64,000 nucleotides of DNA from Rhizobiaceae bacterium (GTDB lineage: Bacteria > Pseudomonadota > Alphaproteobacteria > Rhizobiales > Rhizobiaceae), in NCBI GenBank assembly GCA_051009575.1, contig JBPCWL010000011.1, forward strand, positions 3,792-67,791, written 5' to 3'. Every line of letters starts with the position of its first letter. Positions within the stretch are counted from its first letter, which is position 1. The translations under genes and the position numbers were made by a program. The notes under the pieces are model-generated. The model saw nothing but the letters and a program-made list of their open reading frames with translations. It was not told where the DNA came from and did no database searches. This document shows positions 13,096 through 22,424 of this stretch, in pieces.

Positions 13096-13698
13096 CTACG
13101 CAGCGACTGCGCCCATCCAGTTTTCGCGGGTGATACGGAAGTGATCTACCTGCATTTCTTTCTCAAATATGGAAGAATAATTGGTATCCTGCTTCCAGAA
13201 CCGTCCGCCACATTTTTCAATTACCCGTCGGGAGGCTGTATTCGTAGACAATACAGACATCAGGAGTTGATCTTCAGTACCGACTTTGAAAAACAGATCG
13301 ACAAGAGCCCGTGCTGCCTGGGTCGCATAACCTTTGCCCCAGAACTCTTCTCCGAGCCAATAGCCCATGTGAGGCAGATCGTAACGCCGCTTGACCAAAT
13401 GCAGGCCACACATGCCCATCAGTTTTCCGGATTCCGCGTGGGTAATCGCAAATACACATTCACCCGCCTCAGGTTTTGACACCTGCTCAATAAATTCTTC
13501 CGCATCCTTATCATAATAAGGATAGGGCATGGATTCCAGCATTGATGAAACTTTGCGATTATTGGCAAGCGCGGAAATCTCCGGAACATCTTCCTTTGTT
13601 GGCGCACGCAAAACCAGGTCCTGGGCGGTAAGGATTTCACAAGCAAAAACCAGACTTTGTGCCTCGTTTTTCTGATCCTCTGTCATGACGTTCTCCAT
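13096..13698 (-). CDS. GNAT family N-acetyltransferase (RimJ/RimL-like)
   Basis: 200 aa with an acetyl-CoA binding-like block (YWLGEEFWGKGYATQAARALVD). Confidence 0.75.
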   Translation of the reverse strand: MENVMTEDQKNEAQSLVFACEILTAQDLVLRAPTKEDVPEISALANNRKVSSMLESMPYPYYDKDAEEFIEQVSKPEAGECVFAITHAESGKLMGMCGLHLVKRRYDLPHMGYWLGEEFWGKGYATQAARALVDLFFKVGTEDQLLMSVLSTNTASRRVIEKCGGRFWKQDTNYSSIFEKEMQVDHFRITRENWMGAVAA

Positions 13699-13715
13699 TG
13701 ACCATCTTTGATGGC

Positions 13716-13745
13716 AAAAAGGGGAGTTGGTTACTCCATCTCCCC
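13716..13745 (-). terminator. Rho-independent terminator of the rplU-rpmA operon
   Basis: The minus strand reads GGGGAGATGG-AGTAA-CCAACTCCCC followed by TTTTT. It lies about 60 nt after the rpmA stop. A second small hairpin (GGCTGG/CCAGCC, 13767-13789) lies between the two. Confidence 0.75.
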
Positions 13746-13802
13746 TGACTAACGCTTGATATGGTTGGCTGGGTCGATGATTGCCAGCCTAATTGTGACT
13801 GG

Positions 13803-14069
13803 TTACTCGGCGGCTTCGGCCGGGATCACGTTTACGTAGGTTCGGCCATTTGCCTTCTTCTGAAATGCCACCCTACCACCGGTGAGAGCAAAGAGCGTAT
13901 GATCCTTGCCCATTCCAACATTGTTTCCCGGATGCCATTTGGTGCCACGTTGACGGGCAATAATGTTACCTGGAACCACAATTTCGTTACCGAATTTTTT
14001 GACGCCAAGGCGTTTTGATTCTGAATCGCGACCGTTTCTGGATGAGCCGCCTGCTTTTTTATGAGCCAT
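13803..14069 (-). CDS. rpmA: 50S ribosomal protein L27
   Basis: [27 protein letters not shown]..., 88 aa. Confidence 0.95.
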   Translation of the reverse strand: MAHKKAGGSSRNGRDSESKRLGVKKFGNEIVVPGNIIARQRGTKWHPGNNVGMGKDHTLFALTGGRVAFQKKANGRTYVNVIPAEAAE

Positions 14070-14092
14070 CTCGTTAACTCCTGAATGTTCGC

Positions 14093-14779
14093 TTACTTGG
14101 TTTTTTCTTTGGCCTGTGACTGCCAGTCTTTGATCTGGTCTGCACTAAATGGCATATATTCGTCAATCTTGACAATCTCTTCTTCAGTCAGCGCAGCGAT
14201 CTGGGCAAAGGTAGTGATGCCCTGTTCATTCAGCTGGCCTTCTGCAACCGGACCAATGCCCTTGATGTCTGTCAGCTTGTCAGGATCACCTTTCGGCGCC
14301 TTGAAAAGTGGAGCATCAGACTTGGCTTCAGCCTTTACTTCTTTTTTCGCTTCCTTCTTCGGAGCTGCTTCCTTCTTCGGAGCCTCCTTTGCCGGAGCAG
14401 ATTTCGCCTCTTCTTTTGCCGGGGCAGCTTTCTTCGGGGCAACCTTTTTCTTGGAAGGCTTCTTCCCATCTGTAAGGATTTCGGCAATCCGGACTGTAGT
14501 CAGGTGCTGACGATGACCGATCGTACGGCGGGAGTTTTGCCGGCGCCGTTTCTTGAATGCAATAATCTTGCGGGTTCGGCCCTGCGTGACAATTTCAGCA
14601 GAAACACAAGCACCATCCACTAGTGGTGCGCCTACAGTAGTATTACCACCTTCTCCAACCATCAATACGTCGGAAATTTCTACAAAATCACCAGCTTCAC
14701 CAGCAACTTTTTCTATCTTCAACACATCTTCCGGCGCAACGCGATACTGCTTGCCACCGGTTTTAATGACTGCGAACAT
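14093..14779 (-). CDS. rplU: 50S ribosomal protein L21 with a long C-terminal Lys/Ala/Pro-rich linker and a helix-hairpin-helix-like module
   Basis: The N-terminal ~105 aa are canonical L21 ([14 protein letters not shown]...[11 protein letters not shown]). They are followed by [16 protein letters not shown]... and [27 protein letters not shown]. Confidence 0.9.
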   Translation of the reverse strand: MFAVIKTGGKQYRVAPEDVLKIEKVAGEAGDFVEISDVLMVGEGGNTTVGAPLVDGACVSAEIVTQGRTRKIIAFKKRRRQNSRRTIGHRQHLTTVRIAEILTDGKKPSKKKVAPKKAAPAKEEAKSAPAKEAPKKEAAPKKEAKKEVKAEAKSDAPLFKAPKGDPDKLTDIKGIGPVAEGQLNEQGITTFAQIAALTEEEIVKIDEYMPFSADQIKDWQSQAKEKTK

Positions 14780-14865
14780 CTTTTTTCCTTCCAGTGTTCA
14801 GCATGACTCTCGACAGGAATTAAGCTCCCGTGGGCCATCTTCTTTCAGTCTTCCGAATGGGAATA

Positions 14866-14890
14866 CAAACAAAAAGCGGGAAATTCCCGC
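14866..14890 (-). terminator. Terminator-like hairpin between the EAL-gene stop and the rplU start
   Basis: The minus strand reads GCGGGA-ATT-TCCCGC followed by TTTTTGTTTG. It could terminate the upstream EAL gene and/or sit at the 5' end of the rplU leader. Confidence 0.5.
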
Positions 14891-14901
14891 CTGATAGGCG
14901 C

Positions 14902-14931
14902 GATATACTGGAAAAATACAAGAATTGTCAA
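14902..14931 (-). promoter_or_regulatory. Sigma70-like promoter candidate for rplU-rpmA
   Basis: The minus strand reads TTGACA (14931-14926), a 17-18 nt spacer, then GTATAT/TATATC (14908-14902). Confidence 0.4.
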
Positions 14932-15003
14932 GGGCTATTGGTGACTGGATTTCCAGGCAGCAGTAGAAATATGATGCAATCCGGATACATCCCGGACCGG
15001 TCA

Positions 15004-16731
15004 TCAGATCAAAACGGTTTCGTCAGTGGTGTCAGTGTTTTCCACTTCCTGCTTAGTCCAGGGTAATACTGCCAGCGGCATGCCATAAAGACTGCCCTGA
15101 AGGTAATCGAAGCCCATGGCTTCCAGTTCCACAGCTGCTTCAACATCTTCAACCCACTCGACGACGGTCCTTACATCGAAAGCATCAGCAAGGCGCTGCA
15201 TTGATCTGAGAAAGACACAATTGCGAGGGTCTTTCCTCAGGTTTTTGACAAAACTTCCATCGATCTTGACCATGTCCACACCAAGGTCGCGTAAATGCGC
15301 AAAGGATGTATATCCTACGCCAAAATCATCAATTGCAACACGACATCCAAGGTTCTGGATATGGTGTATAGCTTTACGGGTTTCCTCAATATCGCCCGGC
15401 AAATGCGATTCCGTCAACTCTACAATCAGCCGTTCCGCCAATCCCCTGACATTGTGCAATCGCTTCACAAGTGTTGATATCCATTCGCCGTTTTCGAGGC
15501 TTTCGTGGGTCATGTTGATCGATAAAATCGCTTCCGGACAGGCTTCAAGCACGTCCAACCCCATTCCGAGAGCCTTTAGATCGAGAATTTGCATTAAACC
15601 CAGGTCTTCAGCAAGTTTAATGAAATCGGCATTTTCGGTCACTTCCTCCCCGATCCCATCCATTCTCAGAAGAGCCTCATGAAATGCCGGCTTGCCGGTT
15701 TTGGGGTCGAACACCGGCTGAAATGCAAGGTGTATGGCATCCTTCTCCATAACTTCAACAAAACGGGTCAAAAGTTTGGAATCTTCTTCCCGCTTCCGGA
15801 TTGTTTCAGGTTCTGGATCATACAGAAACACTTTTCCTCCAAATTCATGCCGGGCATTGCTCAACGCAGAGGTAGCAGCAGCGACTGCTTCAACATCCTT
15901 TCGGGCGTGGAACGGGAGTAAACAGGCACCAATCGCGATTTTCAAAGCGATAGGGCCGCGGCTTGTCTTAATAACTTTCCCATTGATTTCACTGAGCAAA
16001 CGGTGCGATGCAACATGAATTTCAGCGCCCTTGCAATCTGAAATCAACAATCCAAATTTGGCTCCGGAAAACCGGGCCACAAGATCATCCAGACGCATGT
16101 GTTCCTGCAACAGGTCTGCTACCTGCTTCAATACCTCATCTCCGGCTGCAAAGCCGTAGGTATTGTTCACTCTCTCGAAATCAAGCAAAGACACGAGCAG
16201 GAATGCAGCAGATTTGTTATCGAGAAAGCATCGTTCAGCGCACTGGTTTATCCGATCCTCAAGGAACCTGCGATTGGCAAGCTCCGTGAGTTCATCCACT
16301 TCTGATTTGCGTTTAAGATTTTCTTCGCGTTTTCGGCGTTCATTAATGATCCGAACGATCCCTTCAGCACGAACCGGCTTGCCGTTTTCATCAGGATACC
16401 ACCGCCCAATATCTTCAAGCCAAAGGGTAACGCCATCTTTCAATCGGGATGGGCTTATGGCGTAAACACACTGATAAGTCTGGCCAGACTCATCAATTTC
16501 CTCCTTATGACCTGACTGGATAACTGCAAAGCGGGTTTTTTGGCTGTCCGAACTCAACAATTGCTCGAATTCGCGATCAGACGAGATGTCAATATCCGGC
16601 TTGAAACCTGCAAGTTCATAAAAATTGTCACTCCAGGAAATCCGCTTGTCCGGAATATTCCATTCATAACTTGCCTGACCGATTGAAGTCAGAATCTTGC
16701 TTGCATCCGGCATCAAATTATCCATTACCAC
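15004..16731 (-). CDS. PAS - degenerate GGDEF - EAL signalling protein (probable c-di-GMP phosphodiesterase)
   Basis: The GGDEF position reads RFSGAKFGLL (SGAKF instead of GGDEF). The EAL domain has an intact EALLR, DDFGVGYTSF, KIDGSF and QGSLYGMP. Confidence 0.85.
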   Translation of the reverse strand: MVMDNLMPDASKILTSIGQASYEWNIPDKRISWSDNFYELAGFKPDIDISSDREFEQLLSSDSQKTRFAVIQSGHKEEIDESGQTYQCVYAISPSRLKDGVTLWLEDIGRWYPDENGKPVRAEGIVRIINERRKREENLKRKSEVDELTELANRRFLEDRINQCAERCFLDNKSAAFLLVSLLDFERVNNTYGFAAGDEVLKQVADLLQEHMRLDDLVARFSGAKFGLLISDCKGAEIHVASHRLLSEINGKVIKTSRGPIALKIAIGACLLPFHARKDVEAVAAATSALSNARHEFGGKVFLYDPEPETIRKREEDSKLLTRFVEVMEKDAIHLAFQPVFDPKTGKPAFHEALLRMDGIGEEVTENADFIKLAEDLGLMQILDLKALGMGLDVLEACPEAILSINMTHESLENGEWISTLVKRLHNVRGLAERLIVELTESHLPGDIEETRKAIHHIQNLGCRVAIDDFGVGYTSFAHLRDLGVDMVKIDGSFVKNLRKDPRNCVFLRSMQRLADAFDVRTVVEWVEDVEAAVELEAMGFDYLQGSLYGMPLAVLPWTKQEVENTDTTDETVLI

Positions 16732-16773
16732 CTATATCAGGTGAAATGGATATCATCGAAGCGTTAAGAATCC

Positions 16774-18357
16774 TCAAAACCCTGCCGCATGTCCATCTTT
16801 CCTGGGATCAGAGCCGGCAACAAGTACACCGCTTTCATGATCTATCTGGATAATCTGGCCACCACCGTGAACCGCCTTAGGCAAACATGCATGTCCAAAA
16901 GCTTCAAGTCCTGTTTTGACTGCATCTGAAATGCCCGGCTCCAAAGTAAGTTCACCGTCATCATTCCAGAAGATGCGCGGATCATCCAGCGCTTGCTGCG
17001 GATCCATTCCAAAATCCAGCATATTTGACAGGACATGCGCGTGCCCCATCGCCTGGTAAGATCCGCCCATCACACCGTAGGAATGGGTGACTTTCCCGTT
17101 CTTGGTCACCATTGCCGGTATGATGGTGTGGAGGGGTCTTTTCGAAGGCCCGATTGCATTCCCATGTCCACGCGTCAGATTAAACCCGCACCCACGGCTT
17201 TGAAGGGCAATACCGGTATCCATGGTAACAATCCCGGTTCCAAACCAGTCAAACAGCGAATTGATAAACGAAATCGCCATTCCGTCGCTGTCCACTACTG
17301 ACAGATAGACGGTGTCGGAGCCGGCCGGATCAGGTAAGGCTATATTGTTGTTACGCTTTGTAGCGTCATAAAGCCCGGCCAGCGAACTGATATGAATATC
17401 GGATAACAGTGTCTCCAATGAATGCTGCATGGTAGCCGGATCGGATATGTAGGCATCGCGTGCGGTATAGGCGATACGGCCACATTCAGCTTCAAGATGA
17501 GCTCTTTCAATTGATATCGGATCACTGGAAACACCAAGCTTTTTCAGCAGTTTCACCAGAATAATAGCAGCAAGTCCCTGCCCGTTCGGCGGGATTTCAT
17601 GCAAAACGTGCCCCCGGTATTCGGTGGAGATTAGATCGACCCAGTCTGCAGATACACCTGCGATGTCTTCCTCCGTGAGGAACCCACCGCCGTCCTGAAC
17701 GGTATTGGCGATGTCCCTTGCAATCTCGCCTGCATAAAATGCATCAGAACCGCCGGTCGCAACCTTCTCCAGTGTTTTTGCCAGTGCGGGCAATGTCACC
17801 TTTTCACCTGCCGATGGAGATTTGCCATTTAACAACAAATGCTCCCTGCCTCCTTGAGTGGCGGAGAGCTTGTCTACTTTGAGTTGCCAGTCAGCAGCAA
17901 CTCTTGAAGCAACCGGAAACCCTGTTTCCCCGTACCTGATTGCATCAGCGAAAAGCCGGACAAAATCTGTTCTTCCGAATCGTTGGTGCAGTGTTTCCCA
18001 AGCTTTAACTGCACCTGGAACAGTAACAGCATGGGCAGAAACTTCAGGAATTTCAGTAAACCCGTTATCGATATACCATTCCAGGCTGGCACCTTTTGCC
18101 GACCGCCCCGAACCATTCAACCCATGCAAAGTGCCATCTGGTTCTCCAACAATTGCAAAACAGTCACCGCCGATCCCTGTCATGTGGGGCTCGACAACAC
18201 AAAGGGTTGCCGAAGCAGCGATAGCTGCATCCACGGCGTTTCCACCTTCCCTCAAAATTGCCATGGCAGTTGCAGTTGCTAGCGGATGTGAGGTTGAAAC
18301 GGCGCATTCACTCGCCATAACAGGTGAACGGCCGGGTAACGCGAAATTTCTTTGCAA
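16774..18357 (-). CDS. ggt: Gamma-glutamyltransferase family protein
   Basis: 527 aa (GGNAVDAAIAA, an autoprocessing-site-like GSDTVYLSVVD, GGSYQ). I see no obvious signal peptide. Confidence 0.85.
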   Translation of the reverse strand: MQRNFALPGRSPVMASECAVSTSHPLATATAMAILREGGNAVDAAIAASATLCVVEPHMTGIGGDCFAIVGEPDGTLHGLNGSGRSAKGASLEWYIDNGFTEIPEVSAHAVTVPGAVKAWETLHQRFGRTDFVRLFADAIRYGETGFPVASRVAADWQLKVDKLSATQGGREHLLLNGKSPSAGEKVTLPALAKTLEKVATGGSDAFYAGEIARDIANTVQDGGGFLTEEDIAGVSADWVDLISTEYRGHVLHEIPPNGQGLAAIILVKLLKKLGVSSDPISIERAHLEAECGRIAYTARDAYISDPATMQHSLETLLSDIHISSLAGLYDATKRNNNIALPDPAGSDTVYLSVVDSDGMAISFINSLFDWFGTGIVTMDTGIALQSRGCGFNLTRGHGNAIGPSKRPLHTIIPAMVTKNGKVTHSYGVMGGSYQAMGHAHVLSNMLDFGMDPQQALDDPRIFWNDDGELTLEPGISDAVKTGLEAFGHACLPKAVHGGGQIIQIDHESGVLVAGSDPRKDGHAAGF

Positions 18358-18439
18358 GGTTTTTACTCTTTGGTTGGAATTGGGTGAGACAATAGGCTAT
18401 CTAGGCGCGCTAAATCAATTGACAATCCAGAGACCAGTT

Positions 18440-18874
18440 ATGTCAAAACTTTCTCTATCCAGAGCAAATCGACTGATCAGTAATGCCTTTGCTCATTCAG
18501 CAACACAGGGCTTTAAACCTCTCGCAGTTGTCGTTCTTGATGCAGGGGGAAATCTGAAGGCATTTCAGTCTCAGGATGGCACATCAAATAACCGGTTCGA
18601 AATGGCAAAAGGAAAGGCAAAGGGCGCACTTGCGGTTGGCAAGGGAACGCGCTGGCTGAATGCTCAGGCAGAAACCCGGCCACATTTTCTTGCAGGAATG
18701 GCATCGATAATCGAGGGTGGCATATTGCCTGTTCCAGGTGGTGTTATTGCCCGTGACAAACAGGGGAACATAGTGGCGGCTTTGGGTATCTCGGGCGACA
18801 CCTCCGACGCAGACGAAGCCTGTGCCGTAGCCGGTATTGAAGCAGTAAATCTCGTCGCTGACACCGGCGCTTAA
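18440..18874 (+). CDS. GlcG/HbpS-like haem-binding protein (DUF336)
   Basis: From the internal ATG at 18440: MSKLSLSRANRLISNAF...PLAVVVLDAGGNLKAF...GGVIARDKQGNIVAALGISGDTSDADEACA. The tracked ORF start (17858) is an antisense extension over ggt. Confidence 0.75.
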   Translation: MSKLSLSRANRLISNAFAHSATQGFKPLAVVVLDAGGNLKAFQSQDGTSNNRFEMAKGKAKGALAVGKGTRWLNAQAETRPHFLAGMASIIEGGILPVPGGVIARDKQGNIVAALGISGDTSDADEACAVAGIEAVNLVADTGA

Positions 18875-19293
18875 TATTCGCCATAACTTCCGCCATGTCC
18901 GACATTGACATCGCGGGTAGCCGAGCGAATTGAGACCGTGAAACCGGCAAGAACATCAACCAGCGCGATCATCATCAGGATGAAAAAGACAGAATGTGCT
19001 GCACTTTCCACCAGTAGGAATTCAACCAGGAAGGCAATGAAAACAAACGTCGACAAGAGGTGGTCGATGATAGTGTTTGCGCCGACGCGCGTTGCCTTGA
19101 TGATTTCGAAGAAAAGCAGAAAGAGGCCCATACAGATCATCAGGTCCCCCATGCTCATAATCCAAGGCTTGCCGGAAATCATGTTCAGCTCAAGCACATG
19201 CCTGTCCCATATCCCAATACCTTCTGCGGCAAAAATAATCTGGATATTGTAAACGATGAAAGGAACAATAAGCAGTGGAACATTGGTCAGCAT
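18871..19293 (-). CDS. Small integral membrane protein (about 4 TM), function unknown
   Basis: 140 aa and strongly hydrophobic (VPLLIVPFIVYNIQIIFAA..., MICMGLFLLFFEII...). I recognise no family. Confidence 0.5.
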   Translation of the reverse strand: MLTNVPLLIVPFIVYNIQIIFAAEGIGIWDRHVLELNMISGKPWIMSMGDLMICMGLFLLFFEIIKATRVGANTIIDHLLSTFVFIAFLVEFLLVESAAHSVFFILMMIALVDVLAGFTVSIRSATRDVNVGHGGSYGEY

Positions 19294-19345
19294 CTAAACT
19301 CCCCCGATAATGGCGCCCTATTGATCATTGGACTAAAAAATTGTC

Positions 19346-19373
19346 AAAAAAAAGGGCCAACCCAAGTCAGCCC
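19346..19373 (-). terminator. Rho-independent terminator after rpmF
   Basis: The minus strand reads GGGCTGAC-TTGG-GTTGGCCC followed by TTTTTTTT, about 20 nt after the rpmF stop. Confidence 0.65.
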
Positions 19374-19395
19374 AGATACTCATTTGATTTTAAAA

Positions 19396-19581
19396 CTATA
19401 CAGAATCTTTTGGCTCAAGAACCTGACGGCCACGATACATGCCTGATTTGAGGTCAATGTGGTGCGGACGGCGCAATTCACCTGAGTCTTTGTCTTCCAC
19501 ATATGCCTTGGCTTTCAACGCATCTGTTGAACGGCGAAAACCGCGCTTCATGCGTGTGATTTTACTCTTTGGTACAGCCAT
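19396..19581 (-). CDS. rpmF: 50S ribosomal protein L32
   Basis: [18 protein letters not shown]... from the ATG at 19581, with a GGAG RBS. The tracked ORF start at 19635 is an upstream extension. Confidence 0.9.
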   Translation of the reverse strand: MAVPKSKITRMKRGFRRSTDALKAKAYVEDKDSGELRRPHHIDLKSGMYRGRQVLEPKDSV

Positions 19582-19713
19582 GATGCTCAACTCCAAATTC
19601 ATTAAAAAAGGGCTCTTCAAAGCGAGAAGGATCAATCGCGAGAGCCCTGTTACGTTTTCTGGACGGTCATATACATATTTTTCTCCCGTTTGGCCATAGG
19701 GAACTGCAAATTT

Positions 19714-20493
19714 TTATTGATTCTTCTCAAGACATCCAATGTAGGCACCAGATGCCCTGGCACGCGCACGTATGGTCCCGGCAAGCGCATTCATTCTGCG
19801 GCTTGGTTTTGCTGGATTCCGCCCCCTTGGATTGGGCAGTGTTACAGCAAGCAGGGCAGAATGCCTCGGCCCCAGTTTTCTTGCAGAACGGTTGAAATAG
19901 CGCCGGGATGCAGATTGAATGCCAAACACGCCTTCATCCCATTCAGCAATGTTGAGGTAAATCTCCATTATCCTCTGCTTGCCAAGAATTGCCTCCGCCA
20001 TAAGTGCATAAGGAATTTCCAATCCCTTTCTTACAAAAGACCGATTCGGCCACAAAAACAGGTTTTTCACAAGCTGCATGGTGACTGTACTTGCTCCACG
20101 GGTTCGTTCCCCATCGATGGCATCATCAATTACCTGATTGAGCGCATTCCAGTCGATGCCATTGTGAAAGCAGAATCGCCCATCCTCTGACATCATTACA
20201 GACTGATAAAGCACAGGTGAAATATCCTCGAAATCAATCCATTCGCGCTTTGCACCCGGCCCAGCCATGCCATCCCGGATCATGAGTGTTGAAACCGGAT
20301 GCACTGCCTCAATCCTGTAAATCAACAACAGGATTGCCGGCAGGAGAAAAACCGCCGCAAAAATTCCCAATCCAAACCGGACAAGAAAGGACATCTTGCT
20401 ACGCCGGAATAGCGGCAGTTTTTTTCGCCTTGCGGTTATGCTTCCCTTCTTTCGCTTCGAAGGCGATTTCCGGTTGGATTTGCGTGTTGCCAT
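19714..20493 (-). CDS. mtgA: Monofunctional biosynthetic peptidoglycan transglycosylase
   Basis: GT51 motifs (SEDGRFCFHNGIDW, GASTVTMQLVKNLFL, RKGLEIPYALMAE), a basic N-terminus and a TM segment. Confidence 0.85.
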   Translation of the reverse strand: MATRKSNRKSPSKRKKGSITARRKKLPLFRRSKMSFLVRFGLGIFAAVFLLPAILLLIYRIEAVHPVSTLMIRDGMAGPGAKREWIDFEDISPVLYQSVMMSEDGRFCFHNGIDWNALNQVIDDAIDGERTRGASTVTMQLVKNLFLWPNRSFVRKGLEIPYALMAEAILGKQRIMEIYLNIAEWDEGVFGIQSASRRYFNRSARKLGPRHSALLAVTLPNPRGRNPAKPSRRMNALAGTIRARARASGAYIGCLEKNQ

Positions 20494-20593
20494 TTTGATT
20501 TACTAGACGATCTCTATACAACAGGGAACTCTTCTTGACGCATGAATGTGTAAGTGCGACGAGAATGCGGACAATCTGCACATTTGGGGATTC

Positions 20594-21496
20594 ATGCAAG
20601 ACTTCAAATTATTGTTAAACAGCCATGCCAGCCTGATCGAGAGAAAACTGGTCGAATTGCTGTCGGATCATGTAATGGAAAGAGAAAATGCCCGACCGGC
20701 ACGGCTCGTGCGGGCGATGCAGCATTCAGCGTTGGGTGGTGGCAAACGGATACGTCCATTTCTGGTTTTGGAGAGTGCAGCCGTATTTGGTGTTGCAACC
20801 CGGGATGCCATCCATGCAGCTGCAGCACTTGAATGCATACACTGTTACTCCCTTGTCCATGATGATCTGCCGGCCATGGATGATGATGATTTGCGGCGCG
20901 GGAAACCTACCACACATAAGGCGTTCGACGAGGCAACAGCCATCCTTTCAGGCGATGCGCTGCTTACCCTGGCTTTTGACATTCTTTCACGTGAAGAAAC
21001 TCACGGTGATCCCAGAGTTCGTGTTGAGTTGGTAAAATTGTTTGCCCGTAGCGCAGGGATTGGCGGGATGGTTGGTGGGCAAATGTTGGATCTTGAAGCC
21101 GAAACCAGCAATCCTGATGCTGAGGACATCTCACTTCTTCAGTCCATGAAAACCGGTGCGCTATTGCGGTGCGCGTGCGAGACGGGCGCAATTTTGGGCC
21201 AAGCTGATCTGAAAACCCGTGACGCTTTGCTCCGTTTTGGAGGATATGTCGGAAAAGCGTTTCAACTGGCTGACGACTTGCTTGATGTCACGTCCGATGC
21301 GAAGACCTTGGGCAAACAGACCGGCAAGGATGCGGGTAGAAGCAAGGGCACGTTAGTCAACCTCCTTGGCCTTGATGAATCCCGAAACCTGCTGAAAACC
21401 TATCTGGAAGAAGCACTGGAAAGCCTGGAGTGTTTTGGAGAAGAATCTGACATGCTGCGCGAAACTGCAAAATTCATTGTTGAACGCCAACATTGA
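20594..21496 (+). CDS. ispA: (2E,6E)-farnesyl/geranyl diphosphate synthase
   Basis: The first and second Asp-rich motifs are present (LVHDDLPAMDDDDLRRGKPT; FQLADDLLD). I place the start at the ATG at 20594 (MQDFKLLL...). Confidence 0.85.
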   Translation: MQDFKLLLNSHASLIERKLVELLSDHVMERENARPARLVRAMQHSALGGGKRIRPFLVLESAAVFGVATRDAIHAAAALECIHCYSLVHDDLPAMDDDDLRRGKPTTHKAFDEATAILSGDALLTLAFDILSREETHGDPRVRVELVKLFARSAGIGGMVGGQMLDLEAETSNPDAEDISLLQSMKTGALLRCACETGAILGQADLKTRDALLRFGGYVGKAFQLADDLLDVTSDAKTLGKQTGKDAGRSKGTLVNLLGLDESRNLLKTYLEEALESLECFGEESDMLRETAKFIVERQH

Positions 21497-21510
21497 GTGC
21501 GCCACTCTTT

Positions 21511-22389
21511 CTAGCTGTTCACCCTTTTGCGTACATGATCGATAAGCGCATCCGAAACGACCCTAATTCTGTGAAGCTTAGCATAATCTTCATGCACAAT
21601 GTACCAGAAGGTCCTGGTAAATGAGACTTCATCCGGCAAAACCTTGATCAGTTGCGGATATTTCCGTGCAATGAAATCATGGATGATACAAACGCCCCCA
21701 TCTGCAAGCGCAGCCTCCAGTTGTACGTGAACACTTGTACTGGTGAGATAGGGTTTGATATCGGGTGAAACCAACGGAATGTAATCCAGTTCCTTGTCAT
21801 AGATTAGATCTGACACATACCCGATGCCTCGCAATCTTTTCAGATCATCCACTTCTTTGACTTCCGGCCTTGAACCCAGATAATCGCGGGTTCCATAAAG
21901 ATGCAGTGTGTAATCAGATATTTTGCGGTATTTCAGCCGACCAGAGGTGGGAGCTGAAACAGCAATTGCGATATCTGCTTCCCGTTTTGAAAGTGAAAAC
22001 GTACGTGGCATCGCAACGATTTGCAGTTCCAGTTTGGGATGTTGATCACACAGTCGAACTGCGCATTCAGCCAACATGGATGTCGCCATCCCCTCCGGTG
22101 CCCCAACACGGACAACACCCGATACTTTATCAGCTTCGCCTGAAAATTCGGTTTGCGCAGCAATGGCACTCGTTTCCATGCCTTCCGCCATGGTAACCAG
22201 ATTTTGCCCCTCATCAGTCAAAGAGTATCCCTGTGGGCTTCGGTCAAACAAGTGAATTTTCAAGGATTCTTCCAGAGCTTTCACCCGGCGCCCAACCGTC
22301 GCATGGTCAACACCAAGCTGCTGTCCGGCAACACTTAGTTTACCGGTGCGGGCCACCGCCAGAAAAAATCTGTAATCATCCCAGTTCAA
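21511..22389 (-). CDS. LysR-family transcriptional regulator (divergent from mmsA)
   Basis: MNWDDYRFFLAVARTGKLSVAGQQLGVDHATVGRRVKALE, 292 aa. Confidence 0.85.
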   Translation of the reverse strand: MNWDDYRFFLAVARTGKLSVAGQQLGVDHATVGRRVKALEESLKIHLFDRSPQGYSLTDEGQNLVTMAEGMETSAIAAQTEFSGEADKVSGVVRVGAPEGMATSMLAECAVRLCDQHPKLELQIVAMPRTFSLSKREADIAIAVSAPTSGRLKYRKISDYTLHLYGTRDYLGSRPEVKEVDDLKRLRGIGYVSDLIYDKELDYIPLVSPDIKPYLTSTSVHVQLEAALADGGVCIIHDFIARKYPQLIKVLPDEVSFTRTFWYIVHEDYAKLHRIRVVSDALIDHVRKRVNS

Positions 22390-22424
22390 ACTTGTATCTT
22401 CTTGCGCTAACGTGGTTTCAAGTG

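Noticed and set aside
17858-18439. N-terminal 194 codons of the tracked ORF 17858-18874
   Set aside because: This part is antisense to ggt and has no family similarity. The DUF336/GlcG homology begins at the internal ATG at 18440.
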